A stretch of 64,000 nucleotides of DNA from Octopus vulgaris. Its lineage: Eukaryota. Shown one piece after another: positions 39,661 through 52,290 of the stretch. The stretch is from positions 81,282,001 to 81,346,000 of the forward strand of contig OX597815.1 of assembly GCA_951406725.2 (NCBI GenBank), read 5' to 3'. Positions within the stretch are counted from its first letter, which is position 1; each line of letters opens with the position of its first letter. The notes under the pieces are model-generated. The model was not told the origin of the DNA and did no database searches. It saw nothing but the letters and a program-made list of their open reading frames with translations. A program made the position numbers and the translations under genes.

Positions 39661-40461
39661 TGTCTTCTACATGATCTCATACATACAATACAACAGAGTT
39701 AAAAAAACATGAGGAACTGTATCTTTCTCTTCACACACACACACATACACGAAGTGGAAGGGAGGAGGAGTCATTGTCTGTATCAGTGTGATTCCAGTCT
39801 AAGATAAAGTGTATGGAGCACCATCTACTTGCCTGTTGATCTGCTACTTGGTCTTAAAACCAGGTGCAGGTTTCCTTATACTCCACTCTAAATTTGAAGA
39901 AGTCCATAATGGCTGGAATCAAATTGCTGATGTGATTCTAGATTCACTATGTCTACAGAGGAAATGAAACAAATCATAGTTAGAACACTTAGATCATAAG
40001 ATCTATTTGTTCTATTCACAAATTTTGAGAACTTGTCAGCATTCACCAGAGCTCAGTTTGGTAACCAAATCTTCAATAAACTCTCAAACATTTCTAAAAT
40101 AAAGTGAGGACCTTGTAGTTTGAGCTCCTAATCATTGAACATGTCTGAAAATAAAATAAATCAATTAAAAAACACAAGGTTTAGGGCTGAATGGCCATGA
40201 CTGGAATTCCTAGTCAAGCCAAACAAACAACTTCTTCATGGTACCTCAAGCTGCTCAATGAGGTAACCATGACAACTCTCTGCTTTCCAATAGAAAAGCA
40301 GAGCAATAAATGGTCAGAATGTACATGTGTGCCTGTACCATCATCATCATCACCATGTCCTCTGCTAGTGTAGTAGATTGGAAGATTCGATAAGCAAAAC
40401 TGAAACTTCTCCATCTGTTACTCAGTGAGTTTGCCCTGACTACTTCTCATTTAGGTTCATC

Positions 40462-40630
40462 TGCTTTGTGTGTAAGACGTTTGCTTCCCAACCACAAGGA
40501 TCTGGGTTCAGTCCCACTGAGTGACACTTTGGGCAAGCGTTTGTTAGATGGAAACTGAAAGAAGCTCTGTGTGTGTGTGTGAGAGAGAGGGGTACTGTCT
40601 CTGTTCCTTGACACTGAGTGATAGTTATAA
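40462..40630 (+). mobile_element. SINE family A 5' half
   Basis: ttgcttcccaaccac..gggttcagtcccact..gggcaag..agatggaaactgaaagaagc. Confidence 0.75.
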
Positions 40631-41733
40631 AGCTTAGCTGAGATTCTCTACTAAACATACTACCCACACACAACAAACAGTTGTTTGACTGACATGGAAT
40701 GTTCCAGTTCGTGGTAACACTTAAATAAGACCAAAAAACTTTTTAAAACATGGGATGGTCCAAGTCACTTAATATTCACAAGCCTTTAAAGTCACACACA
40801 CGCACACACTCACATATGTATAAAGTAAACACCCTGTTTGGCACAGACATATGTATTTACTAAATAAACACCTCCCCTCACAACGAATACACATTCACAT
40901 TTTTATACATAAGCTATATATATATATATATCACACACACATACACACAGAGTTGCCTTAGATGTATTCATATTCCACATTCTGGAAGTAAATTCAATAT
41001 CAACAAAAAAACAAAAAGTACACCCTCCTTTTCATCAGCTATAAACACTCTGGTTGAACTTCATAAACAAACAAACAAACTAATTAATTTAAAATGGTAG
41101 TGTAGCCGGAGAACATGGCAGCAAAAGTTGTGAGGGAGTTATTTAGTCCTGATCCAGTCAACCTATGATCAAAGGAGCTCAAGCAATGGACATCTTGTTG
41201 CTCTGGATTTTTTTTTTTAAATTCCTTTTTACAGGAGCGTAGATTACAACATCAAAAGTATCTTTTTCCCAAAGCAGTAGTGTGTGTGTGGTTTGAGGCA
41301 AGTCTGGCAACTATTTCTGGCAAGTTGAGCAACCACAATGGTGGTGGTAGCAGAATTGAAACAACCCATTTGGTTTGACTGCTGCTCATCTTTCTTGAGT
41401 AAATGTAAATTATTCTGTAACTGGTAATGGTAGCAGCAATAGCAGTGGTATCATAATGTAACCAAATACTAGGTTTGGGAATTCACTAATGCCATACTGG
41501 TGCCATTAATATCTGGTACTACATTTATGATAGTCACCCACACCTGGTGTCCACCTGCAAGCAAATATAACTTGGTGGTTTGAACCATATTTTAGGTGCC
41601 TATGCAATTGCGAGCAGACACAAGCACTCTCTCGACTCTTTTAGTCCTCATCCACTGGGACATCCAAGATGTGACAGCTGGAGGAAGAAAGGACTACACC
41701 AACAGTCAGCTGGTACATTTCCAGCTGAGTAGT

Positions 41734-41960
41734 GCAGGCATGTAGCCAAGAGGTTATGTTGTTGTACTCACAATCACAAGATTATGGTTTCAATTCCAGG
41801 GCCAGGCGGTGTATTGTGTTCTTGAGCAAAACGTTTCATTTCATGTTGCTCTGCAATCACTTTGACATGTGGCATACCTTGCACTTATATAGGCAATGTC
41901 AATTTGATGGAAATAGTGGGCTTGCACACAGCTCAAACAGCTGATCCCTATAAGCCAATT
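41734..41960 (+). mobile_element. SINE family C
   Basis: gcaggcatgtagcc..tactcacaatcacaagatt..ttgtgttcttgagcaaaac. Confidence 0.75.
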
Positions 41961-42209
41961 ATCTTTATCCAATTCAAGAGGCTACCAACAAGTGTAGAGC
42001 AATGTGAAAAGAGGTAGCATGCACATGGCATATTGCTTCACACAAGAAGCCACCCAGCTCAGAAATCAAGCCCATCCACAACCTTATGATCATCGGCCCA
42101 ATACCCTAACCTCAAAACTTCTTTTCTTGTGACTAATTAGGTAAAAAAATAGAAGAGAAAAACTGTGTCACTCTGACTTTCAATGACAAAAAGATGAAGC
42201 TACTGCAAC

Positions 42210-42722
42210 TGACCACTGGCCTGGCTTTCAGCCTGCTAGTGAAATTAATGTGCAAGTGGCTGAGCCCTCTACAGACATGTGTACCCATAACATAGTTCTT
42301 GGGGAGATCCAGTGGGACACAACGCAACAATGTTGGCTCTCCTGAATTACAAGTACAACTAACTCTTGCCAGCTGAATGGAGCGAAGCAATGTGAAGTGA
42401 AGTGCCTTGCTTAAGGGCACAAAGCCCAAACTCGTGACCTCATGACTGATTGACTGTGAGCCAAATACCTTAACTCCCTTAGCATTTAAACTGGACATGT
42501 CCGGCCAAAATATTTTACCTCTTTTATTTTCAAACTGGCTAGATCCGGTTTCCCACACCAACCCTACAATCTCATTCTAAAAATTAACAGTTACCTCATC
42601 AAAATCTCAAAAGCTGCAAGATAAATACACGATTAATTAAAGACGTGTGAAAAAATAAACATTACTTCAGACAGAATAATTTGAATGCTAATGGGTTAAC
42701 CACTAAACCACGTGCCTTCAAC
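42210..42722 (-). mobile_element. tRNA-headed SINE (C-related head) split by a MITE
   Basis: Minus-strand head tgaaggcacgtggtttagtggttaa|ggtatttggctc, then aagcaaggcacttcacttcac. Confidence 0.7.
42474..42695 (+). mobile_element. piggyBac-like MITE family E nested in SINE head
   Basis: TTAA TSD at 42470-42473 and 42696-42699; ends cccttagcatt / aatgctaatggg. Confidence 0.88.
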
Positions 42723-42957
42723 TGACCATTATTATTAGTGATAATGGTTACTGCGATGGTTCTTCTTGTCATGATAATAGTGTGTATGATAAGGAATAAG
42801 TTGCTGAGCAGTGTGAGGCCTGCGAGGCTTTCTGAATAGCATACCTAATGGAAAATTACCTCAAATTGCTTTAGTAAAGCAGCTCACCTTTATGATGAGC
42901 AATGTCACATGCAGCCCACTTCTTAAATTAAAAAAAGGTTGCCAAGGCCCATTTTAG

Positions 42958-43400
42958 AAGTTGTTGTTGATGGTGATTGCAGTAGTTTAACACTATAGTA
43001 ACAATGATGATGATGATGGTGGTGTGGTGGTGTTGCTGGAATTTATGTATATTGAAGAAGGGGCAAATAATGATAACGATGGCAATGCTGCTGTTGTTGC
43101 AAATGGTGGAGGTGGTGGTAGGGATATTCAGTAACAGTTGATATCAATGAAAGGGTGGTAGTTGTTGCAGTAGTAGTAGTAGTAGTAGTACCAGCAGCAG
43201 CTGTAGAAGTCATAGTGCTGTTGCTACTGATGATGATGATGATGATATTACTGCTGCTGTTACATGCAGATGGTGATGTCGATGTTGATATTACTAGTGA
43301 TGGGTGGTTATAGTGGTATGTTTTTATTGTAGGATGGTGACAGCAACAGTGATGATGGTGATGGTAGGGTGTGTGCTGGTGGCGGCTGAAACAACAGTAA
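42958..43400. repeat. Degenerate trinucleotide low-complexity tract (GAT/GGT/GTA/GCT)
   Basis: Directly visible. Confidence 0.8.
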
Positions 43401-43589
43401 TTAATGTGAATAATGAAAGAAGGAAAAAAATTTCAGATTTTATTTTCAGATGTTTCTAAATATGTCTTATTACATTTGCAGTCAACAAACTAGGCTAAAA
43501 AACAACAAAAAAACCCTAAAAAAAATACAACCTTTTTGTACCCAGTAGACTTGGAAAAAAGAAAGAATTTCCTTTACAAATACCAACCA

Positions 43590-43628
<39 letters not shown>

Positions 43629-44019
43629 TCTTTGAAGTGGGAAAAAGAAAAGGAATTAGAGTGTTCCAGTCTTCCCTTTTTAACAAAGCCTGAATTTTTT
43701 TTTTTCTCAGCAGAAAGGAATATAAAATGAAGCTGAGGTGCTCATGCCTCATCAATACATCATTATAGTGGCACTACAACACCTCTTCTAACAGCTTCTC
43801 AATCCATCTGTGATGAAAAATAAATAGAAATTGTTAGCTATCTAACAAAACTTTAAACCGGGGGGGGGGGATACTTTTTTTTTTCTTTCTAGAGAAAAAA
43901 AAAGGGATGGGATTTCCAAAGGTGGTGGGGAGAATGATAGGAACAAATGTTTGGCATTGCTAGCAATCCCAATATGGCACAAGTGAATCCAAAAACCTGA
44001 ACTTATGTAAATATAGCAC

Positions 44020-44660
44020 CTTTCTACTATGGGTACAAGGCCTAAAATTTGGGGGGGGGGGGAGGTTAGCCGATTATATCAACCCCAATGTTTCAATAGT
44101 ATTTATTTCATCGACCCCCACCCTCACCCCAGAAAGACGAAAGGCGAAGTCGACCTAAGCAGAATTTGAACTCAGAATGAAAAGAGAGATGAAATACCGC
44201 TAAGCATTTTGCCCAGTGTGTTTGCAATTTTGCCAGCTCACTGCCTAAATAATAATAATAATAATAACGAGGAGGAGGAGGATGATGATAGTTTCAAATT
44301 TTGGCACAAGGCCAGCACTTTTTAAGAGGGGGAGGAAGTCAATTATGTCAATCCCAGTACTTGAGTGGTATTTATTTTATCCACCCCAAAATGGTGAAAG
44401 GCTAAGTCGGCCTTAGTGGCTTTTGAACTCAGACAATAAAGAGCTGGGAGAAATGCCATTAAACATTCTGTCGGACAATGCTAATAGTTTTGCCACCACC
44501 TTGGTAACTGACTGGCATTTGTCTTATTGACTCTGAAATGATAGAAGACAATGCTGACCTAAGTGATATTTGAACTCGAAAACAAAGATTTGGAAGAAAC
44601 ATTGCAAAACGTATATTCTAATGCCTTAAACATTTCTGCTAATCTACCATCGTTAAATAA
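44020..44660 (-). mobile_element. Three tandem SINE family B copies
   Basis: Three tttgaactc(a/g) B-box reverse complements near 44164, 44422 and 44569 with (TAA)/(GAT) spacers. Confidence 0.82.
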
Positions 44661-44720
44661 TGATGATATTTCTAATATATCATCTGCATTCAAAACACTA
44701 AACTGTGTACATGTCAGCAG

Positions 44721-44753
<33 letters not shown>

Positions 44754-47417
44754 ATGTGTGTGTGTGTGTACATGTGTGTTTAGGAACAATGATTACAAGA
44801 GATTGTTTATAGGGTCAAAACTCCCAAATTTTACAGCCATTGTGGTGTGACCCTAAACAAGGCACATAACTCTGCTCGTCCCAGTTTGCCACAGAGCCAT
44901 GAAATAGGCTCACACTCCTTACTTCATGGTTGAATGGCTAACAGTTGGAATGGTATCCAGCTGTAAAAATAAATGTTCCAACAGAAATATCACCCCGCCC
45001 ATGCAAAACACACACATAAATAACAAAAAAAAAAATTAAAAACTGTACAACAGCAAAAAAAAAAAAAAAATGTATGTAACAGTTGCCAGTTATGTAAAAA
45101 AAAGGGAAAATAGACTGATCTGGACATACTGCAACCAACCAAATCATCCCACCTAGAAACAAACAACAGTAATAGAAACATATGCTGAAACTGCTTAGAA
45201 GTTACACACACACACAGACAGTGAGGGAACCCATACTTGCTGGTTCAGTCTGCTAGAAATAGTAATCAATACCTCCCTCAAATCACAGCCAAACTATGCA
45301 GAATAAAGGAAAGAACATTAGGCAATGCAGTCCTTAACTATCATTAATCAAAAAAAGAAAAAGTTATAGCTAGAGGGCCCCTGACTGCCAGTTCCTGTCA
45401 CGCCATCTGACCCATGCCAGCATGGAAAATAGATGTAAAACGTTGAGGATGGTTATATATAAATAATTAAAATATCAAGTCAAAGAGTTTTTGTCTTCTT
45501 ATTTAGATAATTTTTTTTTTTCATTTCTCCTAAACCTACACATTGGGTGTTAATGATGTGACACCTGGATTTTCCACACCTGAAAGATTTCGATCTTACT
45601 CAAGACAATTCATGAGTTACAGATAGCCTTAAGCTTGAACTGAGTGCTGCATTGGAATTACTGTTTTTTCTATCCTTCCAGAACTTTAAGATGTGTGTGT
45701 GCGCGCACACGCGTGTGGTTTTGCACATTCTGTTTTTGGAAACGAAATACTCTTGAGAATCACCACATTTTCCATAGCAACCTTCTTTTGATATGAATAA
45801 GCAAAAGAAAAATGTATATACTCGGGTCAAATCAATTAACTGACTGACTCTATCTTGTCTTCCACTAAAAACAATTTGCCTTTCTGCATCATCAAAAGAA
45901 ATAGACATAAAAAAATAAGACATGAATAACCATTTTTGTTGTTGCTATTATTCTTATTGTCACTATTATTATTTCTATTATTATTATTATCATTATTATT
46001 CATGCCAAATTTAAGAAATTACTTATTATTGTTATCATTCTTATTTAAAATAATAAAGCAAGTTACCAAGATTCCCAAATTATTTTCTTTCCTTTTTATT
46101 TCTGGAGAGCAGGCATGTAGGGATAATATGTGTGTATGTATGTGCCAGTGGAGGTCCTCACACACACACACACAGTATGTGTGTGTGTGTGTGTGTGTGT
46201 CTGTGTGTAAGGCTGAAATCTCTGAAAACATAAAATAATTTTCCCAGCAATATTTTTTCTTGTAGTGCACACATGTTTTATTTAACTGCAAATTTGAGTT
46301 GATGGGTTAGAAAAGTAGAAGAGGGAGAGGTAGATCCAAAGACAAACAGAAGAATACAACCTCATTCACCACACACACACACACATATATATACAAGCAA
46401 CAGGACTGACAAAAAGTGAATTCAGTTTACAAATAAACAGATATTCTGACTATATCCAACCCCAACATTTCAAATAACTCACTAGTACCCCTTCTCACCC
46501 CACCCACGACCACCACTACTTGAAGCCCAAGACCCACACCACTCAACCACCATAAAAAAAAATCTACCTAAAACACCACCAACACATTCACCACCATGCG
46601 CAAAGCATATTGCTCAAACATCCTCCTTCAAGCCACTTCCAAATATTCCATTGCCACCACCACCACCACTACAACCATCACAGTTATTACCACTACCACC
46701 TTTAAGCCAGACTCGCCAACCACCAACTACAAATACTATTATTATTGCTATCACCACCCACATTCTCATGCAAACTTCACAAACTCTACAAATCTTATTT
46801 GCAACCCTATAAACCAGCAATAGGTAAAGCAGGATGACATCTATATAGTAACATTCCCTGCTAGAAATAGCAGTCAGACTTACCTTGAAGCTTTTACTAC
46901 ACCTTCCATGTGCCTGAACTATGGAAGTGATGAGGCTTCATTGTTGCAGATGTGGGGAATACCCTAGCCACCAACAGAAGACTATTTGTTTCTGAGATGG
47001 AGGTCTGTCAATTGTGTGCCATATAATCTTACAGAACACTGATGCTAGACAAGTGCAAAGTGTTATCTTTTTAAAGTAGGTACGGCATGCATGTCAAATT
47101 CACTTATTCACACACAGCATGCCTAGTGGCAAGATAAAGTCAAGACGACTTGAGCTTGTACAAGAATGCAGAAGATTGCCAAAGTGGCTGAACATTTCTT
47201 CAGACCTTGCAGAGTATCCAGCATGGAGCATGCCCAAGCTATTATGTATCATTCCAGATGTTTGCCCTGCCCATGGCTTCTAACCCAGTATGACTATGTT
47301 GCCACTGCACTAGTGTGTATATGTACATATTTGTACTGGATGGCCACAGACTCCTGATGTCATTTGTGTATTTATATATATAAGTGTGTGTGTGTGTGTG
47401 TGTATACATACATACAT

Positions 47418-47600
47418 GCACACAGCATGGCTTAGCAGTAAGAAGTTTGCTTCCCACCCACATGGTTTCGGGGGTTATTCCCACTGTGTGGCACCTTGGA
47501 CAAGTGTTTTCTGCTTTGGCACTATAGCCAGTCTGATCCCTTACTTGAAGAACAGGAAATGGTTAATGCCAAGGGCAACCCATGCAAGCATGGAAAAATA
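47418..47600 (+). mobile_element. SINE A head joined to RTE-type tail
   Basis: tttgcttccca..catggtttc..cccactgtgtggcaccttggacaagtg, then aacccatgcaagcatggaaaa. Confidence 0.6.
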
Positions 47601-48492
47601 GACCTAGAACAGGCGAATATATATAATGTGTATATGTACGTATATATCTGTGTTATTAAAAACACAAGTATATTTAGATTTGATCTCTTTTATTTATAAT
47701 TTTTCATCCTTTCTTCTAAGTCCAACGTAAAGTTTCCAAATACATCAAATAGATATTTCAAGACCTTCAAATAATTTGAAATCTGGTACTGAAAATTTTA
47801 TCAGACCTTAACCATTCCCAAGAGCCTTTGCAGCGTACAGCAGAATGTAGTGACTGTGTCATTACAACTGGTTATTATGAAAATAAAACTGAAGATTTTG
47901 AACTGTTGGCCTAATAAATTTAGTCAAATGTAAAGAACAAATGAAAGAAACGTATAAATTGGCATAATATTTCTAATAATGAAGATCAAACTTGAACAAA
48001 ATCACGGTTTTAATAAATTTTGAAAGAAACATCATCTCTGACTTACATGAACACACACAGTCAATATGCATACATATATGCATATTACACACACATACAC
48101 ACATATACCATAACCCTACTTCCAACAATGAACCCTAACTTCTGCTACCACCACAAAACTTCAGCAACATAAATTTGATCACCCATATATGCATACATAC
48201 ATACATACATACATACTTTCCAATTTCAACCACTACTACCAGCAACAGCCACACACCCCCAGCCCCACTATTTCCATCACAACAATCAGCTTAGTCCTAG
48301 ACAGGAATATATCATGAGGTTGGAGAGCATAGCAGAGATAGGATTGAGTAGTAGATTGTGTGGTGGGGGTACTGGCAGTCACACAGATCAACTTACAAAC
48401 ATATATATCTCAGCCACATGACCTAGTGGTTTGGATAGGGGTTAAGAACAGGAGGAGGACAAAAAGAGTTACTTATTTGTTTTAGCTTAGTG

Positions 48493-48534
<42 letters not shown>

Positions 48535-48535
<1 letters not shown>

Positions 48536-48715
48536 CAAGAAAGCACAAAAAAACACAACAACGCAAGGACGTGGAACAAACATAGTATTATTGGACGCTC
48601 AGGAAAGAAGGAGGGTTTAACGTTTCGAGCGGGGCTCTTTGTCGGAAACATAGAAGGAAAGATCCAGAGAATGGGAAGACAGAGGAAAAAAAGTCGCCAA
48701 CGGTACACACGCGGT

Positions 48716-48718
<3 letters not shown>
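48535..48718 (-). mobile_element. Microsatellite-embedded element with minimal hammerhead-like motif (Penelope-like/retrozyme-type remnant)
   Basis: CpG-retaining 184-bp insert flanked by (TA)n on both sides; contains the hammerhead-like fold at 48615-48649. Confidence 0.55.
48615..48649 (-). ncRNA. Degenerate minimal type I hammerhead ribozyme-like motif
   Basis: Minus strand GUUU-CCGACAA-A-GAGC-CCC-GCUC-GAA-ACGU-U-AAAC: stem I GUUU/AAAC, stem II GAGC/GCUC, palindromic stem III; core differs from CUGANGA at two positions. Confidence 0.45.
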
Positions 48719-48810
<92 letters not shown>

Positions 48811-48814
48811 CCTT

Positions 48815-49101
48815 TATTCCCCAGATCTCACCCATTGCCACTTTTTCCTGTTTCCAAAAATCCATCTTGAAAGGAAGAAGATTTCAGGATGGTCAAGGAA
48901 ATCAAAGTGAATGCGACAAGGCAGCTGCTGATTATACCAGAAAACGAGTTCCAGGAATGCTTCCATCAATGGAAACAGCATTGGATTAAGTGTGTGGCTT
49001 CCAAAGGGGACTACATTGAAGGAGATTAAATGCCAGATTGCTACATGTTGTAGTAATATTTTCACAGTCCCAGTCTGGATACTTATTGATTGGACCTTGT
49101 A
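48815..49101 (+). mobile_element. Mariner transposon 3' end (transposase C-terminal pseudogene plus right TIR)
   Basis: YSPDLTHCHFFLFPKI, then frameshifted LKGRRFQD..FQECFHQWKQHWIKCVASKGDYIEGD* (stop 49027-49029); ends ..attggaccttg-TA. Confidence 0.9.
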
Positions 49102-49214
49102 CATAAACTCTGACTGCTTCTACTGAACACTACTCTACCCTACTCGTACATACAAACACATGTGCAGATGTACGTGTACACACATACAGGTTTACATTTA
49201 CATATATAATTATT

Positions 49215-49830
49215 TGTACCGTAGGCCACAAGGCCTGAAAATATTCATTTCAGGGAGAGGCTAGTCGATTGCTCAATTGCTGCTTTATATTATTGACCCC
49301 CCCAAGATCTTAGCAGCTTTTGAACACAAATTCTAAAGCTGGAAGAAATGTAGCTAAGCAGTTTGTCTGGCATGCTAAGGATTCTTATTTCTTTATTGCC
49401 CACAAGGGGCTAAACATAGAGGGGACAAACAAGGACAGACAAAGGGATTAAGTCGATTACAACGACTCCAGTGCATAACTGGTACTCAATTTATCAACCC
49501 TGGAAGGATGAAAGGCAAAGTCGACCTCGGCGGAATTTGAACTCAGAACGTAACGGCAGACGAAATGCCTATTTCTTTACTACCCACAAGGGGCTAAACA
49601 CAGAGAGGACAAACAAGGACAAAGGGATTCAGTCGATTACATCGACCCCAGTGCGTAACGGGTACTTAATTTATCGACCCCGAAAAGATGAAAAGCAAAG
49701 TCGACCTCCGCAGAATTTGAATTCAGAACGTAACGGCAGACGAAATACCACTAAGCATTTCGCCCGGCATGCTAACGATTCTACCAGCTCGAAGCCTTAA
49801 TGCTAATGATTCTGTCAGCTCACCATCTTC
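49215..49830 (-). mobile_element. Young SINE B dimer (49385-49799) nested in older SINE B
   Basis: Two near-identical tatttcttta..cccacaaggggctaaaca..gtcgattac..tcagaacgtaacggcagacgaaat units; TSD atgctaaggattc / atgctaatgattc. Confidence 0.9.
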
Positions 49831-50934
49831 CACACACACACACACACACATACCATAAAGAAAAACAGTGAGGCATGGGCTACAGGAGGACAAGGAAGAA
49901 ACCTTAGAACTATATGCTAATACACACACACACACACACTAAATGAAATTCTGGCCTTTAGTTGAACTCTTTGAAAAATAAAACTGTTTATATTTTCTGG
50001 ACTTTTTTTTGTTGTTTAATTTGTCTCATTTATTTATAAATGTTGTTTTTGTTTATTTCCTTTGCTTTTTCTATATATCATGCATTTCAAATTAGGCATG
50101 GCAGGTTTTCCAGTGGCAGATGTATAGGGGATAGAAAGGTTGTAATAAGAAGATCAGGCATTCATGCCTTTTCCCCAAGGGCATTAATTAGGAGAAGCAA
50201 AGGGAAGAAAAACTAACACTGGCACCTTCCTTACTCTCCTCCACATCATCATCATCATTAATCCTTCTATTTCTTGTAAGGGTATGGGGGACTGGGTTGT
50301 CATGGTTGAGCGATTCTGGCACTAAGGGAGAATGCATCCAGCTGTAAAAATAAAATTTCCAGCAACTCTGGTGTATATGTGTGTGTTATTACACAAAGAT
50401 ACCCATATTAGCTAGCAACAGGAGTTTGCATGCTGAATGTAGCAGCCAAATCTTTATTATGAAATGCAAACATATCAAGGAGGCCTTTTCATACACAATC
50501 GTTTGACTAGGTTTGAACTGTGAACATTTATTTCAAATACAAAACTTCCTTACTGATAGAAACAGCTGAACTTCAGACTAACAACAACCCACATTATTTT
50601 ATGTGGGTGATTAAAAAAAAAAAAAAAAATCCAAATAATATTCTTTGGTCCATTCAATGAGCTGTATCACACCACATGACTCCTGCAGATTAATAACTGC
50701 TTACCAATCTCAGAAATAATTAGGGTTCTTTTTTACTAAAACTACTACTGTTGCTGCTGATGCTGTTTCTTAATGATGGGCGGCCCGTTGAACTAAATTC
50801 TTTATAGTGTTGCTGCTTAGCTCCAGCCCCTTTACATTTCAAATTTGCATTCAGTCAGTGAGACTGATTTATATCTCATCTTTCCAAATTGTAGTGGGAT
50901 GAATGCAATTGCCTTATAACTGCTTATTCAAAAA

Positions 50935-51942
50935 CAGTAGTCAACAGGATCTATATGAACCTTGTGGAGTCCATATAAGATTTTAGTGGTTAAAAATTGT
51001 GTGCAATAAATCAGCCATACTTCTACGAAGCACAAAATCATCATCACTATCATCATTTAAGTGCCACCAGCACAGGGGCCAGAGGGGGCTGGCATCGACC
51101 ATGATCAGATGGTCCTTTTTATGTGCCACTGGCACAGGAGCCAGTCAAGGCAATGCTGGCATTGGCCACATTCGCATGGTCTCTTTATGTGCCACCGGCA
51201 CAGGGACCACAACTACAATTTCCATTTGATTGTGATTTGATTTCATTTTCATGTTGATGTACTTGACTCAACAGGTCTCTTCAAGCATGGCATGTCACCC
51301 TATGATCCAAGGGTACTTTTTGAGTTGGCTGGTTATGCGACACTGGTGTAGGTTACAGCTGTGATCTCACTTTATTTGCCAGGTTTTCTCAGTCACAGCA
51401 TACCTCCAGAGGTCTCGGTCTTTCGGCCCAACGTTCGAAGGTCATGCTTCACCACCTCATCCAATATCTTCCTGGGTCTCCCTCTTCCCCAGATTCCTTC
51501 CACTGTTTGGGACAGGCACTTCTTCAAACAACTCTCCTCATCCATCTGTAGTACATGACCATACCAATGCAAACGTCTCTCTTGCCCGCCACATCCAATG
51601 TTTCTTATGTCCAACATTTCTCTCAGGGCGCTTACACTCTATCATGTGTGCACACTGGCATTACACATCCAGCGGATCATGCTAGCTTCATTTCTTTCAA
51701 GTCTACGCATGTATTCTGCAGTCACAGCCCATGTTTCACTGCCATGAAGCAAGTTAGTTTGCACACATGCATCATACAATCTGGCCTTTCACTCTGAGCA
51801 AGAGGCTCTTTGTCACCAGCAGGAGTATTCAATTATAAAAATATAATAGGATTTTTTTAGAACTTCAAATGGGCAGGAGGGTACATCTGAGAAAAAGAAC
51901 AACCAAAGAAGTCCATTGGTAAAAAATGGTTGAGAATCACTG
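50935..51942 (+). mobile_element. hAT (Charlie-like) MITE interrupted by an RTE fragment
   Basis: Left cagtag-tcaac..ccatataagatttt resembles the 35783 MITE; right aaatggttgagaatcactg; TSD ttcaaaaa / ttctaaag (6/8). Confidence 0.65.
51038..51825 (-). pseudogene. RTE-clade LINE 3' end (ORF2 C-terminus, 3' UTR, (GAT)n tail)
   Basis: ORF 51393-51617 QERRLHWYGHVLQMDEESCLKKCLSQTVEGIWGRGRPRKILDEVVKHDL carries the RTE RRLxWxGHV and GRPRK motifs. Confidence 0.88.
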
Positions 51943-52112
51943 TTCTAAAGCAATTGTGATTTCCTGCCGCAGTATATAAAATTCACTATAACTATTAGTA
52001 GAATGAATTTAAAAAGCTCTAATGGATATTTCAGTTACAGACATATGCATGTACATTCACACACATGTGAATATATATGACTAGATAGACAGCTGTATTA
52101 CTTACATAGAAA

Positions 52113-52290
52113 TATGAATGGCTGTACAGTTTAGAAACTCAATGTGAAATTGCATGGTTTTGTGTTCATTCCCACTTTGAAGTGCTTTGAGGAAGTGTCA
52201 TCTGCTAGAGCTCTGGGCTAAATAAAGCCTTGTGAGTGAATTTAGTAGATGGAAACTACGTAGAAGCTCGTGTATGTGTGTGTGCGTCTA
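52113..52290 (+). mobile_element. SINE family A 5' half, degenerate
   Basis: catggttttgtgttcattcccact..aaagccttgtgagtgaatttagtagatggaaact. Confidence 0.65.

Noticed and set aside
39770-40330. Possible CR1/L2 3' remnant
   Set aside because: Only a faint IFNKL-like trace; too decayed to call without a profile search
46870-46895. Minus-strand AAG|GTAAGT donor
   Set aside because: Lies inside a degenerate family D repeat
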